From: Eledone cirrhosa
Lineage: Eukaryota
Length of the DNA: 64,000 bases
Direction of reading: 5' to 3'
Assembly: GCA_964016885.1 (NCBI GenBank)
Contig: OZ024743.1
Span: 224,502,001 to 224,566,000 of the forward strand
The position numbers were made by a program, and so were the translations under genes. Positions 59,914 through 64,000 of the stretch are shown piece after piece; within the stretch, counting starts at the first letter, position 1, and every line of letters starts with the position of its first letter. A model generated the notes under the pieces. That model was not told the DNA's origin. It did no database searches and saw nothing but the letters and a program-made list of their open reading frames with translations.

Positions 59914-59996
59914 TCACCCGGACAGTTTTGATAATACTGTTTCGCAATATTAATTGTGAAGAGGAATACCAAAGTCCTAAGCTCATCAGCGGGTGA
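59914..59996 (-). ncRNA. Canonical type I hammerhead ribozyme motif
   Basis: TCACCCG-CTGATGA-GC..GC-GAAAC-AGT-ATTATCAAA-ACT-GTC-CGGGTGA (7-bp stem I), in TA-flanked island 59735-60265. Confidence 0.82.
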
Positions 59997-60871
59997 AGAA
60001 TTATAGTTATCCTAGTCACTTCTAAGTATATTAAAAAACTGGATAGTGTGCGTATATATAACGCACATGGTTCCAAAACTTAGCGTGTCTCGCAGACTCA
60101 CGCCACTAAAAATAGCAGCCGGGTTTACTCAACATTTGAATTAGCTCGACGAATTAACGGAGCCAATATATCAAAGGCATGTATTGAGTTAGAAACTCAA
60201 AATAGTCTCATTACAGTAAATTAGCTCTAGGAAAGAGGTTTTTCCGAGCCGTATAATATAACTGATATATATATATATTACATTATTACGTATTCCAGCT
60301 GACAGGCTGAGGCCATGCTGGAGCACCGCCATTGATTTTTACACTTTCTACAGCTAGCTTACCTTGGTTGACCATTGATGTATATGTATGATATATATAT
60401 AAACGTTGCCCCCTCCCTTCATTTATATGATTCTATTGCCAATTATTCTCGGCAAATAATGAATGAAGGTAAGTACCGAAATTTAGCCAAGTTTATATTT
60501 TATCTTTTGTTCCTCCCAAGTTTGTAAAGCAGTCAACTTTACATCTTGTTAGCCAGATATTGGCTTTGTGCCGAGTCAAAATATATTTATGATATTGATT
60601 GTGTAATTGATGGATTTTCGGTGTCTACATTTGTAAGTTGAACACTAAAGACTGTTTTTTTTTCTTTCATTAGTTTCAATTATCGGACTGCAGTCTTGTA
60701 ATTGTTAAGTGCCCTTTAGATAGAGGGACAACATTCGATAGGATTGCATAATCATAGAGACAGACACAAAACACTCACATTGCACACACATACATACATG
60801 CCTACTTGATAATACATACATACATACATACATACATACATACATACATACATACATACATACATACATAC

Positions 60872-61352
60872 ATGATGGCTGCAAACTCTGCTAAGAGTAT
60901 TGCAATTGCTTGGAGGATTATAGAGTTTGGTGCACTTTTAGGCTACGACCAGCCACACGAACCTGTAACATAACATGAACAAGCAATGCCTGGGCTTTGA
61001 ATGTTTTTTTTTTATGAGGGGAAAGGCCTTGCACTCGACCAATCCCACTCTCTGAGCATCGAAAACACTACCCAAAAAGGAGAACTGGTCAACATCATCG
61101 GATGTTTCCCTCTCCCTGAAAGGTGTTGAGACAACAACTGGGGGTCTTTCACTCCCAGGTGAAAAATAAAACTAAAAGTACTATTTGGATGGCCGTTGAC
61201 TCTGCTGAGTCTTATATTTCATCCCGCGGGGTGTCCAAATATTACCCTCCTCACCAAGTAAGCTTGGTGGGGTTGCCGGTTTAGTCGCCGACGCTCCGAC
61301 CATGCACAGGTTGTACTGGTTTACATGTTACCAATAGCACTTGAGAGCGACC

Positions 61353-61354
<2 letters not shown>
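60872..61354 (-). mobile_element. Short RTE-derived non-autonomous element in (CATA)n
   Basis: Colinear homology with 17191-17806; (CATA)n on both sides. Confidence 0.72.
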
Positions 61355-61383
<29 letters not shown>

Positions 61384-61590
61384 CATACATACATACATAC
61401 ATACATACATACATACATACATACATACATACATACATACATACGACTAGTTAGGAAATTACAAGTACAATCCATTAATGGAATAGTAAAAATATGTAAA
61501 CATTCCAAAAATTCTGCATCTAATAACTACATATACACATGTACAGAACATATGCACATACACACATACAACTCAAAACATCCACATCCG

Positions 61591-61952
61591 CACATACAAT
61601 AACATCCATATCTACACATGTATGCATATATATCTACCTAGTTGATGTTATGTAAATTCCAATGAGAGAATCTTGTATCTATGTTAGAAATCTACTCTCT
61701 CTCTATTGGCAAAAATTTGTGAAATTATAAAACCAGAAGAACATACATACATACATACATACATAAGAACATATATACATACATATACAATAACATCCAT
61801 ATCTACACATGCATGCATGCATACATAATCTACCTAGTTGATGTTGTGTAAATTCCAATGAGAGAGTCTTGTGTCTATGTTAGAAACTGACTCTCTCTCT
61901 ATTGGGAACAAATTTGTGAAATTATAAAACCAGAAGAACATACATACATACA
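61591..61952. repeat. About 190-bp direct duplication, each copy ending in (CATA)n
   Basis: 61591-61765 matches 61783-61952. Confidence 0.85.
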
Positions 61953-62207
61953 TAACACATACATCAACATAATACATATATCAACGAGTTCCTCTTCTAC
62001 GTGAGAATCAATGTTTGCATTTTCTCTCTCTCTATATATATATATACCACTAGACTTCACTCAGCTCCACTTTACTTCATTACTCTACACTGCAATCTAC
62101 TACACTCCACTGCATTGCACTATACTAGACTCTACTCTTCTCCACCACAGAGTACGAACACAATCAGGGTATCGCTACGTGGTCATTCGACCTGTTCTCA
62201 CTCAACT

Positions 62208-62342
<135 letters not shown>

Positions 62343-62554
62343 CTGTGGCCACAAATAGAAAGGAAACATGAAATAATGTAGTCTCTGTGCTATAAAAATT
62401 TGCTCGATTAGAGTTGACCCAGAAATACTACATTCTGCATTAACACTTAACGTCCTGTACCACATGCAACAACACTGGCGATACATTTTTGAAAGGTACA
62501 AAAAACACTATAACTGCATCACATTGACAATTAAAATCTTTATTTACATATTGC

Positions 62555-64000
62555 AAATTTTCTCAACAATCTGTCCACAAGTAAAGATACTGTAAAGTCA
62601 TTACAATTTCCACAACAATCTGTTCACTACTAAAGATACTGTAAAGTCATTACAATTTCCACAACAATCTGTTCACTAGAAAAGATATTGTAAAGTCATT
62701 ACAATTTCCACAATAATCTGTTCACTAGAAAAGATATTGTAAAGTCATTACAATTTCGACAACAATCTGTTCACTAGAAAAGATATTGTAAAGTCATTAC
62801 AATTTCCATAACAATCTGTTCCCTAGTAAAGATACTGTAAAGTCATTACAATTTCCATAACAATCTGTTCACTAGAAAAGATACTGTAAAGTCATTACAA
62901 TTTCCACAACAATCTGTTCACTACTAAAGATACTGTAAAGTCATTACAATTTCCACAACAATCTGTTCACTAGAAAAGATACTGTAAAGTCATTACAATT
63001 TCCACAACAATCTGTTCACTAGAAAAGATACTGTAAAGTCATTACAATTTCCACAACAATCTGTTCACTAGAAAAGATATTGTAAAGTCATTACAATTTC
63101 CACAACAATCTGTTCACTAGAAAAGATACTGTAAAGTCATTACAATTTCCACAACAATCTGTTCACTAGAAAAGATATTGTAAAGTCATTACAATTTCCA
63201 TAACAATCTGTTCCCTAGTAAAGATACTGTAAAGTCATTACAATTTCCACAACAATCTGTTCACTACTAAAGATACTGTAAAGTCATTACAATTTCCACA
63301 ACAATCTGTTCACTAGAAAAGATATTGTAAAGTCATTACAATTTCGACAACAATCTGTTCACTAGAAAAGATATTGTAAAGTCATTACAATTTCCACAAC
63401 AATCTGTTCACTAGAAAAGATATTGTAAAGTCATTACAATTTCCATAACAATCTGTTCCCTAGTAAAGATACTGTAAAGTCATTACAATTTCCACAACAA
63501 TCTGTTCACTAGAAAAGATACTGTAAAGTCATTACAATTTCCATAACAATCTGTTCCCTAGTAAAGATACTGTAAAGGCATTACAGTTTCCACAACAATC
63601 TGTTCACTAGAAAAGATATTGTAAAGTCATTACAATTTCCACAATAATCTGTTCACTAGAAAAGATATTGTAAAGTCATTACAATTTCCACAACAATCTG
63701 TTCACTAGAAAAGATATTGTAAAGTCATTACAATTTCCATAACAATCTGTTCCCTAGTAAAGATACTGTAAAGTCATTACAATTTCCACAACAATCTGTT
63801 CACTAGAAAAGATACTGTAAAGTCATTACAATTTCCATAACAATCTGTTCCCTAGTAAAGATACTGTAAAGTCATTACAATTTCCACAACAATCTGTTCA
63901 CTAGAAAAGATACTGTAAAGGCATTACAGTTTCCACAACAATCTGTTCACTAGAAAAGATACTGTAAAGTCATTACAGTTTCCACAACAATCTGTTCACT
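62555..64000. repeat. 49-bp minisatellite, about 29 copies, running off the window (ACAATTTCCACAACAATCTGTTCACTAGAAAAGATACTGTAAAGTCATT)
   Basis: Unit starts at 62603, 62652, 62701 and onward. Confidence 0.97.

Noticed and set aside
62555-64000. CRISPR array or coding repeat
   Set aside because: Contiguous 49-bp units with no spacers and no long ORF.

Overview
Repeat-saturated, AT-rich animal genomic DNA, most consistent with an octopus/cephalopod intron or intergenic region (inferred from the SINE/LINE repertoire; not proven). I found no intact host protein-coding gene. The long YIYI/poly-T/poly-V ORFs in the track are microsatellite artefacts. Contents: a near full-length CR1-group LINE (ORF1 with Myb-like start, polyQ and two CCCH fingers; APE-RT ORF2 with two in-frame stops); Penelope-like (Naiad-type) RT and GIY-YIG remnants; about 10 3' fragments of CRE-type retrotransposons; mariner, R4/Dong and L2/Crack relics; hAT-type MITEs; many tRNA-SINEs; 34-bp and 49-bp minisatellites; about 14 kb of structured (TA)n; and a 200-N gap. 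The main unexplained signal is a set of small non-coding elements sitting in (TA)n. They carry type I hammerhead ribozyme motifs (about 15 complete or near-complete, from many families; three families use the compensatory U3-A8 core) and are mostly head-to-head palindromes with both 3' ends facing the microsatellite. The best case is a 591-bp hammerhead unit present as about 2.5 identical tandem copies joined to about 1.3 inverted, circularly permuted copies (44530-46807). This is the pattern expected from rolling-circle reverse transcription of a circular, retrozyme-like RNA. Short RTE-derived elements with an HDV-like ribozyme candidate at the 5' end sit in (CATA)n. All ribozyme calls are by-eye motif and pairing matches, and coordinates are hand-counted (a few bp error; repeat edges approximate).
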